A DNA stretch of 64,000 bases from Acidobacteriota bacterium (lineage in GTDB: Bacteria; Acidobacteriota; Aminicenantia; Aminicenantales; Saccharicenantaceae), in assembly GCA_022711665.1 (NCBI GenBank), contig JAKLEN010000004.1, forward strand, positions 528 through 64,527. Direction: 5' to 3'. The notes beneath the pieces were generated by a model, which saw only the letters and a program-made list of their open reading frames with translations, was not told the DNA's origin and did not search any database. Numbering within the stretch: the first letter of the stretch is position 1; every line of letters begins with the position of its first letter. Positions 18,362 through 28,061 of this stretch are shown piece by piece. The position numbers and the translations under genes are program-made.

Positions 18362-19672
18362 ATGAATATCAAGTTCGGCATCCGTCGCGAGGACATCAAC
18401 AAGTGGGAGAAGCGGGTCCCGCTGATCCCTTCCCACGCCCGGGAGCTCGCGGACCGCTACCCGATCGAGTTCCGCGTCCAGCCGTCGAAGATCCGCGTCT
18501 TCTCCGATGACGACTACCGGCTGGCCGGCATCCCCGTCGAGGAGGGGCTCTCGCCCTGCCCCATCGTCCTGGCCCTCAAGGAGATACCCATCGAGCTCAT
18601 CGAGAAGGGCAAGACCTACGTCTTCTTCTCGCACACGGCCAAGGGCCAGAGCCAGAACATGCCCATGCTGAAGAAGATGATGGACATGGGCTGCACGGTC
18701 ATCGATTATGAGAAGATGGTCGACGAGAAGGGGAGACGGGTCCTCTATTTCGGCAACTACGCCGGGCACGCCGGGATGATCGACACGCTCTGGACCCTGG
18801 GCCGGCGCCTGGGCGTCGAGGGCATCGCCAACCCGTTCACCGGCCTCGAGCCGACCCATCGCTACAAGAGCCTGGTCGAGGCCAAGGAAGCCGTCGGGCA
18901 TCTGGGGGCGAAGCTGGTCAAGGACGGGCTGCCGCCCCAGCTGGATCCCCTGATCATCGGCTTCTTCGGCTACGGCCATGTTTCCCAGGGGGCCCAGGAG
19001 ATCCTCGACCTCCTGCCCGTCGAGTCGGTCCGTCCGGCCGACATCCCCGGGCTCTTCAAGGGCGGAGCCGGGTCCCGCCGGATCATCTACAAGGCCGTCT
19101 TCCACGAGGAGGACATGGTCCGCCCGATCGAGGCCGGCCGGGCTTTCGATCTCCAGGACTATTACACCCATCCCGAGGGCTACCGGGCCGTGACCGAAGA
19201 GTTCGTGCCCTATCTCACGGCCTTGGTCAACGGCATCTACTGGACCCCCAAGTTCCCCAAATACATCTCCAAGGCCTTCCTGAAAAAGCTATATGCCGGC
19301 GCCCAGCCCCGCCTCCGGGTCATCGGCGACATCACCTGCGACATCAACGGCTCGATCGAGTGCACGGTCCAGCCCACCGACTCGGAGAACCCCGTTTACG
19401 TCTACGATCCTATCGAGGACAAGGCCGTCACCGGCTTCGCCGGCCGCGGTCCGGCGGTCCTGGCCGTCTACAACCTGCCGGCCGAGCTGCCCCTCGAGTC
19501 CTCGACCTATTTCAGCGGCAAATTCAAGGAGCATGTCCCGGCCCTGGCCGCGGCGCGCTTCGACAAGCCTTTCGCCGAGTGCGGCCTGACCGACGTCCTG
19601 CGCCGGGCGGTCATCGTGTACCGGGGCCAGCTCGCGCCCGATTACGTTTATCTCGGCGAATTCGTCGGCTGA
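18362..19672 (+). CDS. Lysine-ketoglutarate reductase (saccharopine dehydrogenase, L-lysine-forming; AlaDH/PNT fold, LKR domain of AASS)
   Basis: Motifs shared with the AASS LKR domain (REDINKWEKRVPLIP, YVFFSHTAKGQSQNMPML, IDYEKMVD, NGIYW, IGDITCDINGSIE). Start at the ATG encoding MNIKFG. Confidence 0.8.
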   Translation: MNIKFGIRREDINKWEKRVPLIPSHARELADRYPIEFRVQPSKIRVFSDDDYRLAGIPVEEGLSPCPIVLALKEIPIELIEKGKTYVFFSHTAKGQSQNMPMLKKMMDMGCTVIDYEKMVDEKGRRVLYFGNYAGHAGMIDTLWTLGRRLGVEGIANPFTGLEPTHRYKSLVEAKEAVGHLGAKLVKDGLPPQLDPLIIGFFGYGHVSQGAQEILDLLPVESVRPADIPGLFKGGAGSRRIIYKAVFHEEDMVRPIEAGRAFDLQDYYTHPEGYRAVTEEFVPYLTALVNGIYWTPKFPKYISKAFLKKLYAGAQPRLRVIGDITCDINGSIECTVQPTDSENPVYVYDPIEDKAVTGFAGRGPAVLAVYNLPAELPLESSTYFSGKFKEHVPALAAARFDKPFAECGLTDVLRRAVIVYRGQLAPDYVYLGEFVG

Positions 19673-19706
19673 CCGGACCGTCCGGGATCTAAGGGGAGGA
19701 ACGGCA

Positions 19707-21026
19707 ATGAAGAAGGTGCTCGTCCTGGGGGCCGGCTTGGTGGCCAGGCCTCTCGTCAATTATCTGCTCGACCAGCCGGATTTCGCCGTGACGGTCGCCG
19801 ACGTTGAGCCCGGCCGGGCCGCCAAGCTCGTCGGCGCCCATCCACGCGGCACGGCCGAGGTCCTGGACATCGGCGACCGGAACGCCCTGGGCGCGGCCAT
19901 CGGCCGGGCCCAGGTTGTCGTCAGCATGGTGCCCTACACATTCCATCCGATCGTGGCCGAGCTGGCCGTCGAGAGGGGAGTGTCCGTTGTCACCGCCTCC
20001 TATGTCAAACCGGCCATGCAGGCGCTCGACGCCAAGGCCAGGGAGAATGGGGTGACCCTGCTCAACGAGGTCGGCCTCGATCCCGGCATCGACCACATGG
20101 AGGCCATGCGGGTCATCCACGAGATCCATGACGCCGGGGGCCGCGTCCTCGGCTTCACCTCCTGGTGCGGCGGGTTCCCCGCCCCCGAAGCCAACACCAA
20201 TCCCTTCGGCTACAAGTTCTCCTGGAGCCCCCGCGGCGTCCTGCTGGCTTCCAAGAACTCGGCCCAATTCCTCAAGGACGGCCGGGTCGTGAGCATCCCC
20301 TCGGCCGACCTGTTCGCCCGGCCGGAGACGATCGGCATCCCGGGCCTGGGGGACTTCGAGGGCTACCCGAACCGCGATTCCATCCAGTACAAGGAAGCCT
20401 ACGGCATCCCCGAGGCCGGGACGGTCTTCCGGGGCACGCTGCGCTATCCGGGCTGGTGCGAAACCCTGCGCAAGATGGTCGAGCTGGGCTTGCTCGATGA
20501 AACGGCCCGTGACCGGACCGGCCAGACCTGGCTCGGGCTGGTGCGCGAGCTGGCCCAAGCCGCCCCGGGGGCCGACGTCAAGGCCGCCGTGTCGTCGCGC
20601 CTGGGCCTTCCGGCCGCCTCGCCCATCCCGGCGCGGCTGGAATGGCTGGGGCTCTTCGATGAGAAGCCGCTGCCCGCGCCGCTCGCCTCGGCGCTGGACA
20701 ACCTGACGGCCCTGATGATCGAGCGGATGAGCTACGGACCGGGCGAGCGGGACATGGTCGTCCTGCAGCACGAGTTCCTGGCCCAGACGGGCGGCCGGAC
20801 CGAAAGGATCGTCTCGACCCTCATCGATTACGGCGTCCCCGGCGGCGATTCGTCCATGTCGCGGACCGTCGGCCTGCCGGCGGCCATCGGCGCCCGGTTC
20901 ATCCTCGAGGGCCGGATCGGCCTGAAGGGCGTCCAGGTGCCGGTCGTGCCCGAGATCTACGGGCCCATCCTGGACGAGCTCGAGCGCCTGGGCGTCCGCT
21001 TCCGGGAAAAGCGCCAGGCCCTCTGA
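19707..21026 (+). CDS. Saccharopine dehydrogenase (L-glutamate-forming; SDH domain of AASS / LYS9-like)
   Basis: Rossmann N-terminus VLVLGAGLVARP. Motifs VTASYVKPAM, GLDPGIDHM, YKFSWSPRGVL, EGYPNRDS, LRYPGW, EIYGPILDELERLG. Confidence 0.8.
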   Translation: MKKVLVLGAGLVARPLVNYLLDQPDFAVTVADVEPGRAAKLVGAHPRGTAEVLDIGDRNALGAAIGRAQVVVSMVPYTFHPIVAELAVERGVSVVTASYVKPAMQALDAKARENGVTLLNEVGLDPGIDHMEAMRVIHEIHDAGGRVLGFTSWCGGFPAPEANTNPFGYKFSWSPRGVLLASKNSAQFLKDGRVVSIPSADLFARPETIGIPGLGDFEGYPNRDSIQYKEAYGIPEAGTVFRGTLRYPGWCETLRKMVELGLLDETARDRTGQTWLGLVRELAQAAPGADVKAAVSSRLGLPAASPIPARLEWLGLFDEKPLPAPLASALDNLTALMIERMSYGPGERDMVVLQHEFLAQTGGRTERIVSTLIDYGVPGGDSSMSRTVGLPAAIGARFILEGRIGLKGVQVPVVPEIYGPILDELERLGVRFREKRQAL

Positions 21027-21154
21027 TCCCGTTGACAGCGGGCCCGGCCGCGCCTATTTTGAAAAGGGTCGGATTCCGGGACATGACGCTTTTCTCCTGA
21101 GAGGGGAGCGCGTCCCGGAAGCCTTCGCCGGCGGGCGCCGGCCGGGAGGGAGCC

Positions 21155-21961
21155 ATGACACGGAAGCCTTGCGTCGCCGGCCAGTTCTACCCCGGAACCC
21201 GGAACGAGCTGCTGCAGACCGTGGCCGCCCTGGCCGGCCCGGCCGGGGCCGCCGTCCGGGCCGTGGCCGTCGTCTCGCCGCATGCCGGCTACGTTTATTC
21301 CGGTCCGGTGGCCGGCGCCGTCTTCGCTTCGGTCAACGTGCCGGCGAGCGTCGTCATGCTCGGCCCGGCCCATCACGAGATCGGGCCCCTTTTCGCCGTC
21401 CAGGCCCGCGGCGCCTGGCAGACCCCGCTCGGCGAGAGCGCCATCGACGAGGACCTGGCCGGGCGCATTCTGGGCGGCTGCCCTCTCGTCGAGGAGGACG
21501 AAGCGGCCCATCGCCGCGAGCATTCCCTGGAGGTCCAGCTGCCCTTCATCCAGTACTTCCAGCCGGAGGCGGCCATCGTGCCGATCTGCGTTTCCTCCCT
21601 GGCCGGCTACGACCAGCTGGCGACGCTCGGCCGGGCCCTGGCCGCGGCCGTCTGCGATGCCGGCCGCGAGACGCTTCTCCTGGCCAGCACGGACATGAGC
21701 CATTACGTCAGCCAAAGGACGGCCGAACGGAAGGACATGCTGGCCATCCGCCGCGTGCTCGATCTGGACGCGGCCGGTCTCTTCGAGACCGTCGTCGCCG
21801 AGGGCATCTCGATGTGCGGCTTCCAGCCGACGGCGGCCGTCGTCGCGGCCGCGTTGGGCCTGGGGGCGACGGGGGCCGAGCTCATCCGCTACCAGACCTC
21901 GGGCGAGGCCTCGGGAGACTACGAACAGGTTGTCGGCTACGCCGGCATCAGGATCGTTTGA
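21155..21961 (+). CDS. MEMO1-family protein (AmmeMemoRadiSam system protein B-like)
   Basis: Hallmark N-terminus VAGQFYPG and SPHAGYVYSG motif. No adjacent AMMECR1 or radical-SAM partner. Confidence 0.7.
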   Translation: MTRKPCVAGQFYPGTRNELLQTVAALAGPAGAAVRAVAVVSPHAGYVYSGPVAGAVFASVNVPASVVMLGPAHHEIGPLFAVQARGAWQTPLGESAIDEDLAGRILGGCPLVEEDEAAHRREHSLEVQLPFIQYFQPEAAIVPICVSSLAGYDQLATLGRALAAAVCDAGRETLLLASTDMSHYVSQRTAERKDMLAIRRVLDLDAAGLFETVVAEGISMCGFQPTAAVVAAALGLGATGAELIRYQTSGEASGDYEQVVGYAGIRIV

Positions 21962-22082
21962 GGCGCTCGGGAAGGCCCCGGGCGGAGGGCGGGCCTGACT
22001 CGCTGATAACGTTCGGCCTCCGGGGTAAAAGGTGAGCCGTCCGGGGAATGCGGGCCGGGCCGCCCCCCTGACTGTCAGTCAT

Positions 22083-22112
22083 TTGACACTCCCGCGCCCG
22101 AAGTGCTATAAA
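22083..22112 (+). promoter_or_regulatory. Sigma70 promoter TTGACA-N18-TATAAA overlapping a CIRCE-like inverted repeat TTGACACTC-N9-AAGTGCTAT (HrcA operator)
   Basis: Seen in sequence 22083-22112, 14 nt upstream of the hrcA ATG. Each half matches the CIRCE consensus TTAGCACTC/GAGTGCTAA at 7 of 9 positions, with the canonical 9-nt spacer. Confidence 0.5.
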
Positions 22113-22125
22113 AATTCGGAAGATC

Positions 22126-23184
22126 ATGGCTAAGTCTGCCCTGCGCGACAAGGACAAGAAGGTCCTTAACATCGTCGTCGAGAGCTTCGTCCGCTGCGGC
22201 CGGCCGGTCAGCTCCGGGGCCGTCTCCCAGACCAGGCGGATCAAGGCCTCTCCGGCGACGCTGCGCAACATCATGTCCAAGCTCGAGGAGATGGGCTTCC
22301 TCTCCCAGCCCCATACCTCGGCCGGCCGGGTGCCGACCGACCGTGGGCTGCGCTTCTATGTCGGCGGCCTGCTGGCGGAGAAGCCCCTGCCCGAGGAGCG
22401 CATCCCGTCCCTCGTCCAGGAGGAGTTCCCGGCCCGGACGGCCGACCTCGACTCGCTGCTGCTCCAGGCCTGCCGGACGCTGGCCGACGCCTCCGACGCC
22501 CTGGGATTCGTCATCACGCCGCGCATCTTCCGGCTGACCTTCGAGCACCTGCGCTTCATCAAGATCTCCGACCGCCGGGTCCTGGTCATCCTGGTGACGC
22601 CCTTCCACATGGTCCTGACCGAGACCCTGGAGTCGTCGCTGCCGCTGACCCAGGCCGAGCTCGATGCGGCCTCCCAGTACATCCACCAGAACTTCCGCGG
22701 CCGGACCATCCTGGCCGTCCGCGAGGCCCTGATGCGCGAGCTGCCCAAGTACCGGATGAAGTACGAGGACATGCTGAACAAGCTCCTGGAGCTGCTCCGG
22801 ACTTCGATCGACCAGGAAGGCCAGGACCGCATCTTCCTCCAGGGGACCTCGCGCCTGCTCGGCAAGGACGGCCTGTCCGACCTGGACAAGCTGCGGGCCC
22901 TGTTCCGCAGCTTCGAGGAGAAGGCCGCCCTGGTCCGGCTGCTCTCGGACTTCATCAGCCTCGATCGGGTCAAGGTCTTGATCGGCTCGGAGGCCAACTT
23001 TCCCGACATTGAGGACTGTTCGCTCGTCCTCTCGCACTACGGCTACGGCAACCAGGTCCTGGGGACCCTGGGCGTCATCGGCCCCAAGCGCATCCCCTAC
23101 GAAAGGATCATCCCGCTCGTCGACCGCATGGCCAAGCGCGTCAGCCTGGCCATCACGGTCTTCGGCAAAGAGGTCAGCCTATGA
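22126..23184 (+). CDS. hrcA: Heat-inducible transcription repressor HrcA
   Basis: N-terminal wHTH (ATLRNIMSKLEEMGFL). HrcA C-terminal domain. First gene of hrcA-grpE-dnaK-dnaJ. Confidence 0.9.
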   Translation: MAKSALRDKDKKVLNIVVESFVRCGRPVSSGAVSQTRRIKASPATLRNIMSKLEEMGFLSQPHTSAGRVPTDRGLRFYVGGLLAEKPLPEERIPSLVQEEFPARTADLDSLLLQACRTLADASDALGFVITPRIFRLTFEHLRFIKISDRRVLVILVTPFHMVLTETLESSLPLTQAELDAASQYIHQNFRGRTILAVREALMRELPKYRMKYEDMLNKLLELLRTSIDQEGQDRIFLQGTSRLLGKDGLSDLDKLRALFRSFEEKAALVRLLSDFISLDRVKVLIGSEANFPDIEDCSLVLSHYGYGNQVLGTLGVIGPKRIPYERIIPLVDRMAKRVSLAITVFGKEVSL

Positions 23185-23819
23185 CGGACGAAAAAGACAA
23201 GGGCGACGACGAGATCGAGTTCATCCCCGGTCCGCCCGCCGATGGAGAGCCCCAGGCCGCTGCCCCTAAGCCGGCCCCGGAACGGCCGGCCGTTCCCGAG
23301 GCGAAAGCGGCCGAGGAGAGCGCCCGGCCGCTCAAGGACAAGCTCAAGAAGAAGGACGCCGAGATCAAGGCCCTCAAGCAGGATCTGGCCGACCTCAAAG
23401 AGGCCCACCTGAGGCGGCTGGCCGACATGGAGAACCTGCGCAAGCGCTTCGAGCGCGAGAAGGGCGAGTTCGAGCAGTACGCCCTGAGCGGCCTCCTGAT
23501 CGAGCTCCTGGGCATCAGCGACAACTTCGAGAGGGCCCTGCAGAGCGCCACGGCCGAAGGCTCGGACCAGACCTTCCGCGAGGGCGTCGATCTGATCTTC
23601 CGCATGCTCCAGGCCCTGCTGGCCAAGCACGGCGTCCGGGTGATCGCTCCCGAGAGCCGGGTCTTCGACCCGACGATCCAGCAGGCCATGATCGTGGAGG
23701 AGTCCGACCAGGTCGCGGAGCCGACGGTCGCCGAGGAGCTCCAGAAGGGCTACATGATCCACGACCGACTCCTGCGCGCCGCTCTGGTCAAGGTCTACGT
23801 TCCGAAGAAGGGGCAATAG
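23181..23819 (+). CDS. grpE: Nucleotide exchange factor GrpE
   Basis: Coiled-coil N-terminus and GrpE motif LRRLADMENLRKRFERE…F.P…A. Confidence 0.85.
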   Translation: MTDEKDKGDDEIEFIPGPPADGEPQAAAPKPAPERPAVPEAKAAEESARPLKDKLKKKDAEIKALKQDLADLKEAHLRRLADMENLRKRFEREKGEFEQYALSGLLIELLGISDNFERALQSATAEGSDQTFREGVDLIFRMLQALLAKHGVRVIAPESRVFDPTIQQAMIVEESDQVAEPTVAEELQKGYMIHDRLLRAALVKVYVPKKGQ

Positions 23820-23822
23820 CGC

Positions 23823-25406
23823 ATGGGACGAGTCATCGGCATCGACCTCGGGACCACCTATTCCTGCGTCTCCTATCTCGAGGGCGGCAAGCCCGTCGTC
23901 ATCCCCAACCTGGAGGGCCTGCCGACGACGCCCTCGGTGGTCTCCTTCACCGGGGCGGGGGAGCGGCTGGTCGGGACCCTGGCCCTGCGCCAGGCCGTGA
24001 CCAACCCGACCTCGACGTTCTTCGCGGTCAAGCGGCTGATCGGCCAGAAATTCATTTCGGCCCAGGTCCAGGAAGCCCTGCCCCGGCTGCCCTACGGCCT
24101 GCGCGAGGCCGCCAACGGCGACGTCGCCCTCGTCCTGGGGGACCAGACGCTCAGCCCGCCGGAGATCTCGGCCATGGTCCTGGGCTACCTCAAGACCTGC
24201 GCCGAGTCCTTCTTCGGCGAGCCCGTGACCCAGGCCGTCATCACCGTGCCGGCCCACTTCAACGACGCCCAGCGGCAGGCCACCAAGGACGCGGCCACGA
24301 TCTGCGGCCTGGACGTCCTGCGGGTCATCAACGAGCCCACGGCGGCCGGCCTGGCCTACGGGTTGGACGCCAGGAAGAACGGCCTGATCGCCGTCTACGA
24401 TCTGGGCGGCGGGACGTTCGACATCACCATCCTGGAAGCCAGCGACGGCGTCTTCAACGTCCTGGCCACGAACGGCGACTCCTATCTCGGCGGCGAGGAC
24501 TTCGACCACCGCATCCTCGAATGGCTGGTGACGGACTTCCGGGCCGAGACGGGCATCGATCTGAGCAAGGACAAGCTGGCCCTGCAGCGCCTGAAGGAGG
24601 CCGCCGAAAGGGCCAAGCGCGAGCTGTCCTTTACCGCGGAGACCGAGATCAACCTGCCTTTCATCGTTTCCGACCAGAACCGGTCCAGCCACATCCGCAA
24701 GACGCTCAGCCGGCCCGTGTTCGAGGCCATGACCGCCGACCTGGTCGAGCGGACCGTGCCCCACATCGAGAAGGCCCTGGCCGAGGCCAGGCTCACGCCG
24801 GACCGCATCGACCACGTCATCCTGGTCGGCGGCCAGACCCGCATGCCGCTGGTCAAGGGCCAGGTGGCCAGGTTCTTCGGCCGGGCTCCCGAGGAGAAGA
24901 TCGATCCCGACCAGACCGTGGCCATGGGCGCGGCCATCCAGTCGGGCATCCTGGACGGCCAGGTCCGCGATCTGGTCCTGTTGCTCGACGTGACCCCGTT
25001 CGCCCTGGGCATCGAGACGGAGAGCGACGGCTACGAGATGATCATCGAGAAGAACATGACCATCCCGACCCGTAAGGTCAAGGCCTTCACGACCGTCGAG
25101 CACAACCAGAGGCGGGTCCGGCTCCACGTCCTCCAGGGCGAGGGCTTCCTGGCCTCGATGAACAAGTCCCTGGCCGTTTTCGAGCTGGTCGGCATCGAGC
25201 CGGCCCCGGCCGGCGTGCCCCAGATCGACGTCACCTTCGAGATCAACGCCGACGGGCTGGTCCAGGTCTCGGCCAAGGACAAGGAGACGGGCCTGAGCCA
25301 GAAGATCGAGGTCCGGCCGTCCTCGGGCCTGTCGACCGCGGAGGTGGAGGCGCTGAAGCGGAAGCAGTCGGGCCCCGGCGCGGCTGCGAGGACGGCCAAT
25401 GGCTGA
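23823..25406 (+). CDS. dnaK: Hsp70-family chaperone in the dnaK position (short, divergent: 527 aa)
   Basis: Hsp70 signatures [27 protein letters not shown]. Substrate-binding domain present but the C-terminal lid/tail is truncated relative to canonical ~640-aa DnaK. Confidence 0.75.
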   Translation: MGRVIGIDLGTTYSCVSYLEGGKPVVIPNLEGLPTTPSVVSFTGAGERLVGTLALRQAVTNPTSTFFAVKRLIGQKFISAQVQEALPRLPYGLREAANGDVALVLGDQTLSPPEISAMVLGYLKTCAESFFGEPVTQAVITVPAHFNDAQRQATKDAATICGLDVLRVINEPTAAGLAYGLDARKNGLIAVYDLGGGTFDITILEASDGVFNVLATNGDSYLGGEDFDHRILEWLVTDFRAETGIDLSKDKLALQRLKEAAERAKRELSFTAETEINLPFIVSDQNRSSHIRKTLSRPVFEAMTADLVERTVPHIEKALAEARLTPDRIDHVILVGGQTRMPLVKGQVARFFGRAPEEKIDPDQTVAMGAAIQSGILDGQVRDLVLLLDVTPFALGIETESDGYEMIIEKNMTIPTRKVKAFTTVEHNQRRVRLHVLQGEGFLASMNKSLAVFELVGIEPAPAGVPQIDVTFEINADGLVQVSAKDKETGLSQKIEVRPSSGLSTAEVEALKRKQSGPGAAARTANG

Positions 25407-26529
25407 GCGGGACTATTACGACATCCTCGGCGTTCCCCGGGATGCCCCGGCCGAGGACATCAAGAAGGCCTACCGCCAGATGGCCTTGAAATTCCATCCC
25501 GACCGCAATCCGGGCAGCAAGGAGGCGGAAGAGAGGTTCAAGGAGGCGGCCGAAGCCTACAGCGTCGTCGGCGACGCCGAGAAGAGGTCCGTTTACGACC
25601 GCTTCGGCCGCGACGGCCTGAGGGGCCAGGGCTTCTCCGGCTTCGATTCGTCGGTGTTCGAGGACTTCGAGGACATCCTCGGCAACTTCTTCGGCTTCAG
25701 CCTCGGCGACCTGTTCGGCGGCGGCCGGACCCGGGGCCGGGCGGGCCAGCGGCGCAGCCGCGGCCGCGACCTGGCCCTGGAGATCGATATCAGCCTCGAG
25801 GAAGCGGCGGCCGGCATCGAGCGGGAGATCAAGCTGACCCGGGCCGAGGCCTGCCCCGCCTGCGGCGGCTCGAGGCGCAAGCCCGGCACCCGGCCGACGG
25901 CCTGCCCGTCGTGCGGCGGCCAGGGCCAGCTCCGTGTCCAGCAGGGCTTCTTCACCATGGCCAGGACCTGCCCGCGCTGCCAGGGCAGCGGCGAGATCAA
26001 CGCCTCGCCGTGCGAGTCGTGCCAGGGCAAGGGGCATGTCCGGGAGAAGCGGGCCCTCAAGGTCCGCATCCCCGCCGGCGTCGAGGACGGATCGAGGCTG
26101 CGGCTCGTCGGGGAGGGCGAAGCCGGCGACGAAGGCATGCCGGCCGGCGACCTCTACGTCGTGACGCGCGTTCGCAAGCATCCGTTCTTCGAGCGCGAGG
26201 GCAGCGACCTGGCCTGCGAGATCGCCATCTCGTTCACCCAGGCCGCGCTCGGCGCGCGGATCGAGATCCCGACCCTCGAAGGGCCGGAGGTCCTCAAGGT
26301 CCCGGCCGGGACCCAGCCCGGCGAGACGCTGCGGCTGAAGGGCCGGGGCGTCCGGGACGTGGCCGGCCGCCGCAAGGGCGACCTGTTCGTCCGGATCGCG
26401 GTCAAGACGCCCGGCGACCTGTCGAGGGAGCAGAAGGCCCTGCTGGCCCAGCTGGCCGCGCTGCGGGGCGAGGACATCGAAGGCGTCGACAAGAGCGTCG
26501 TCCACAGGCTGAAGAACATCCTGCAGTGA
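25399..26529 (+). CDS. dnaJ: Chaperone DnaJ
   Basis: J-domain with HPD (KFHPDRN). G/F region. Four CxxCxGxG zinc-finger repeats. Confidence 0.9.
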   Translation: MAERDYYDILGVPRDAPAEDIKKAYRQMALKFHPDRNPGSKEAEERFKEAAEAYSVVGDAEKRSVYDRFGRDGLRGQGFSGFDSSVFEDFEDILGNFFGFSLGDLFGGGRTRGRAGQRRSRGRDLALEIDISLEEAAAGIEREIKLTRAEACPACGGSRRKPGTRPTACPSCGGQGQLRVQQGFFTMARTCPRCQGSGEINASPCESCQGKGHVREKRALKVRIPAGVEDGSRLRLVGEGEAGDEGMPAGDLYVVTRVRKHPFFEREGSDLACEIAISFTQAALGARIEIPTLEGPEVLKVPAGTQPGETLRLKGRGVRDVAGRRKGDLFVRIAVKTPGDLSREQKALLAQLAALRGEDIEGVDKSVVHRLKNILQ

Positions 26530-26542
26530 GCCGGCGAGAAGC

Positions 26543-27121
26543 GTGACCGCCAACCAGTCCTGCGCTCCCGAAAAGGCTTCGGCCCCGGACGTCCCCCCGT
26601 TGGAGAGGCCGGAAGCGGCGGGGCTCCGGCTGGCCCTGGCCCAGTGCCTGATCGAGGACCGGAAGCTTGAAAGCGTCATCGAGAAGGCCGCCGAGATCGG
26701 CTTTGCTGACTTCATCCCTGTGACCAGCGCCCGTTCGCCGCGGCCGCCGCGGGAGCGGGAGGACCGCAGGCTCGAGCGCTGGCGCCGCATCGTCAGGGAA
26801 GCGGCCAGGCAGTGCCAGGCCCGCCTGGTGACCGAGGTCCACCCACTACGGCCGCTCGGCCGCTTGCTTCGCCAGCCCGGGGCCGACCGGAAGATCTACC
26901 TGAGCGAGCACGGCGGCCGGCCGCTCAAAAGGATCCTGGCCGGGAAGCCGCCCGCCTCGGCGCTGCTCCTGGTCGGGCCCAAGGGCGGCTGGACGGAAGG
27001 GGAGGAGAGGAAGATCAGGGAGGCCGGGTTCGAGCCCGCCTCCCTGGGGCGGCGCATCCTGCGGGCGGAGACGGCGGCTGTGGCCGGCGCGGCCATGATC
27101 GCGCACTTCTGGACGGATTGA
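26543..27121 (+). CDS. rsmE: RsmE-like SPOUT RNA methyltransferase (16S rRNA m3U1498 family) lacking the N-terminal PUA-like domain
   Basis: GTG start. Aligns to the RsmE catalytic domain (…LLLVGPKGGWTEGEE…RILRAETAAVAG…). An in-frame stop 30 nt upstream precludes a longer N-terminus. Confidence 0.6.
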   Translation: MTANQSCAPEKASAPDVPPLERPEAAGLRLALAQCLIEDRKLESVIEKAAEIGFADFIPVTSARSPRPPREREDRRLERWRRIVREAARQCQARLVTEVHPLRPLGRLLRQPGADRKIYLSEHGGRPLKRILAGKPPASALLLVGPKGGWTEGEERKIREAGFEPASLGRRILRAETAAVAGAAMIAHFWTD

Positions 27122-27122
27122 C

Positions 27123-28061
27123 ATGTTCCTCCAAGGGCAGAAGGTCGGCAAGTACGAGATCCTGAGGTCCCTGGGCAGCGGCGGCTTCGGCTCGGTCTAC
27201 CTGGCCAAGGATACCTGGCTCGACATCAAGGTGGCCATCAAGGTCCCCCACAAGCAGTCGGCCGAGCTCTACAAGCTGCTCAAGGAGCCGCGCCTGCAGG
27301 CCGCCCTCAGCCACCCGAACATCGTCCGCATGCTGGCCGCGGAGAAGGAGAAGAGCGTCTTCTTCATGGTCATGGAATACATCAAGGGCCCGACCCTGGA
27401 GAAGATCCTGGAGAAGGAGCGGGTACTCGGCGTCGAGCAGGCCATCGACTTCATCAAGCAGATCTCCTACGGCGTCGACCACGCCCACAAGGCCAAGATC
27501 ATCCACCGGGACCTCCGCCCGTCGAACATCATCGTCTCCGAGGAGGGGACGGCCAAGATCACCGATTTCGGGACCTCGGCCTGGCTCAACGCCGTGCCCT
27601 ACGCCTCGACCCGGATCGGCTCGCCGCCGTATATGGCTCCCGAGCAGTTCCTGGGCAAGGCCTCCTTCGCCGCCGACCTCTACTCCATCGGCTGCATCTT
27701 TTACGAGATGATCATCGGCCGGCCGCCTATCTTCGACCCCGACCCGTTCAAGATCCTGGAGAAGGCCCAGCAGGGCAAGCTCACGCCGCCGCGGATCAAG
27801 AACGGCCGCGTCCCGCGGGAGATAGACGCCATCATCATGCGGGCCCTGGCCCCCAAGGTCGAGGACCGCTACCAGAGCGCCTCGGAGATCATCCGCGACC
27901 TGTCGCTCTACAAGGGCAAGACGCCGAAGACCTCGGAGATCGACGATATCATGCTCCGCATCCGGGCCCGGGAGCAGAAGACGGCGGCCTTCTGTTGGAA
28001 CTGCCGCCGGCCCCTGCCGCCCCGGTCTCGGGCCTGCCCCTACTGCGGCGAAACCGTCTGA
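27123..28061 (+). CDS. Hanks-type Ser/Thr protein kinase with C-terminal CxxC…CxxC zinc ribbon
   Basis: Gly loop LGSGGFGSVY, VAIK, catalytic loop HRDLRPSN (Arg in place of the usual Lys), DFG, APE. C-terminus CWNC…CPYCG. Confidence 0.8.
   Translation: MFLQGQKVGKYEILRSLGSGGFGSVYLAKDTWLDIKVAIKVPHKQSAELYKLLKEPRLQAALSHPNIVRMLAAEKEKSVFFMVMEYIKGPTLEKILEKERVLGVEQAIDFIKQISYGVDHAHKAKIIHRDLRPSNIIVSEEGTAKITDFGTSAWLNAVPYASTRIGSPPYMAPEQFLGKASFAADLYSIGCIFYEMIIGRPPIFDPDPFKILEKAQQGKLTPPRIKNGRVPREIDAIIMRALAPKVEDRYQSASEIIRDLSLYKGKTPKTSEIDDIMLRIRAREQKTAAFCWNCRRPLPPRSRACPYCGETV

Noticed and set aside
22075-25127. Large minus-strand ORFs over hrcA/grpE/dnaK (22075..23037, 23097..25127)
   Set aside because: They are antisense to a canonical heat-shock operon and have low-complexity translations.
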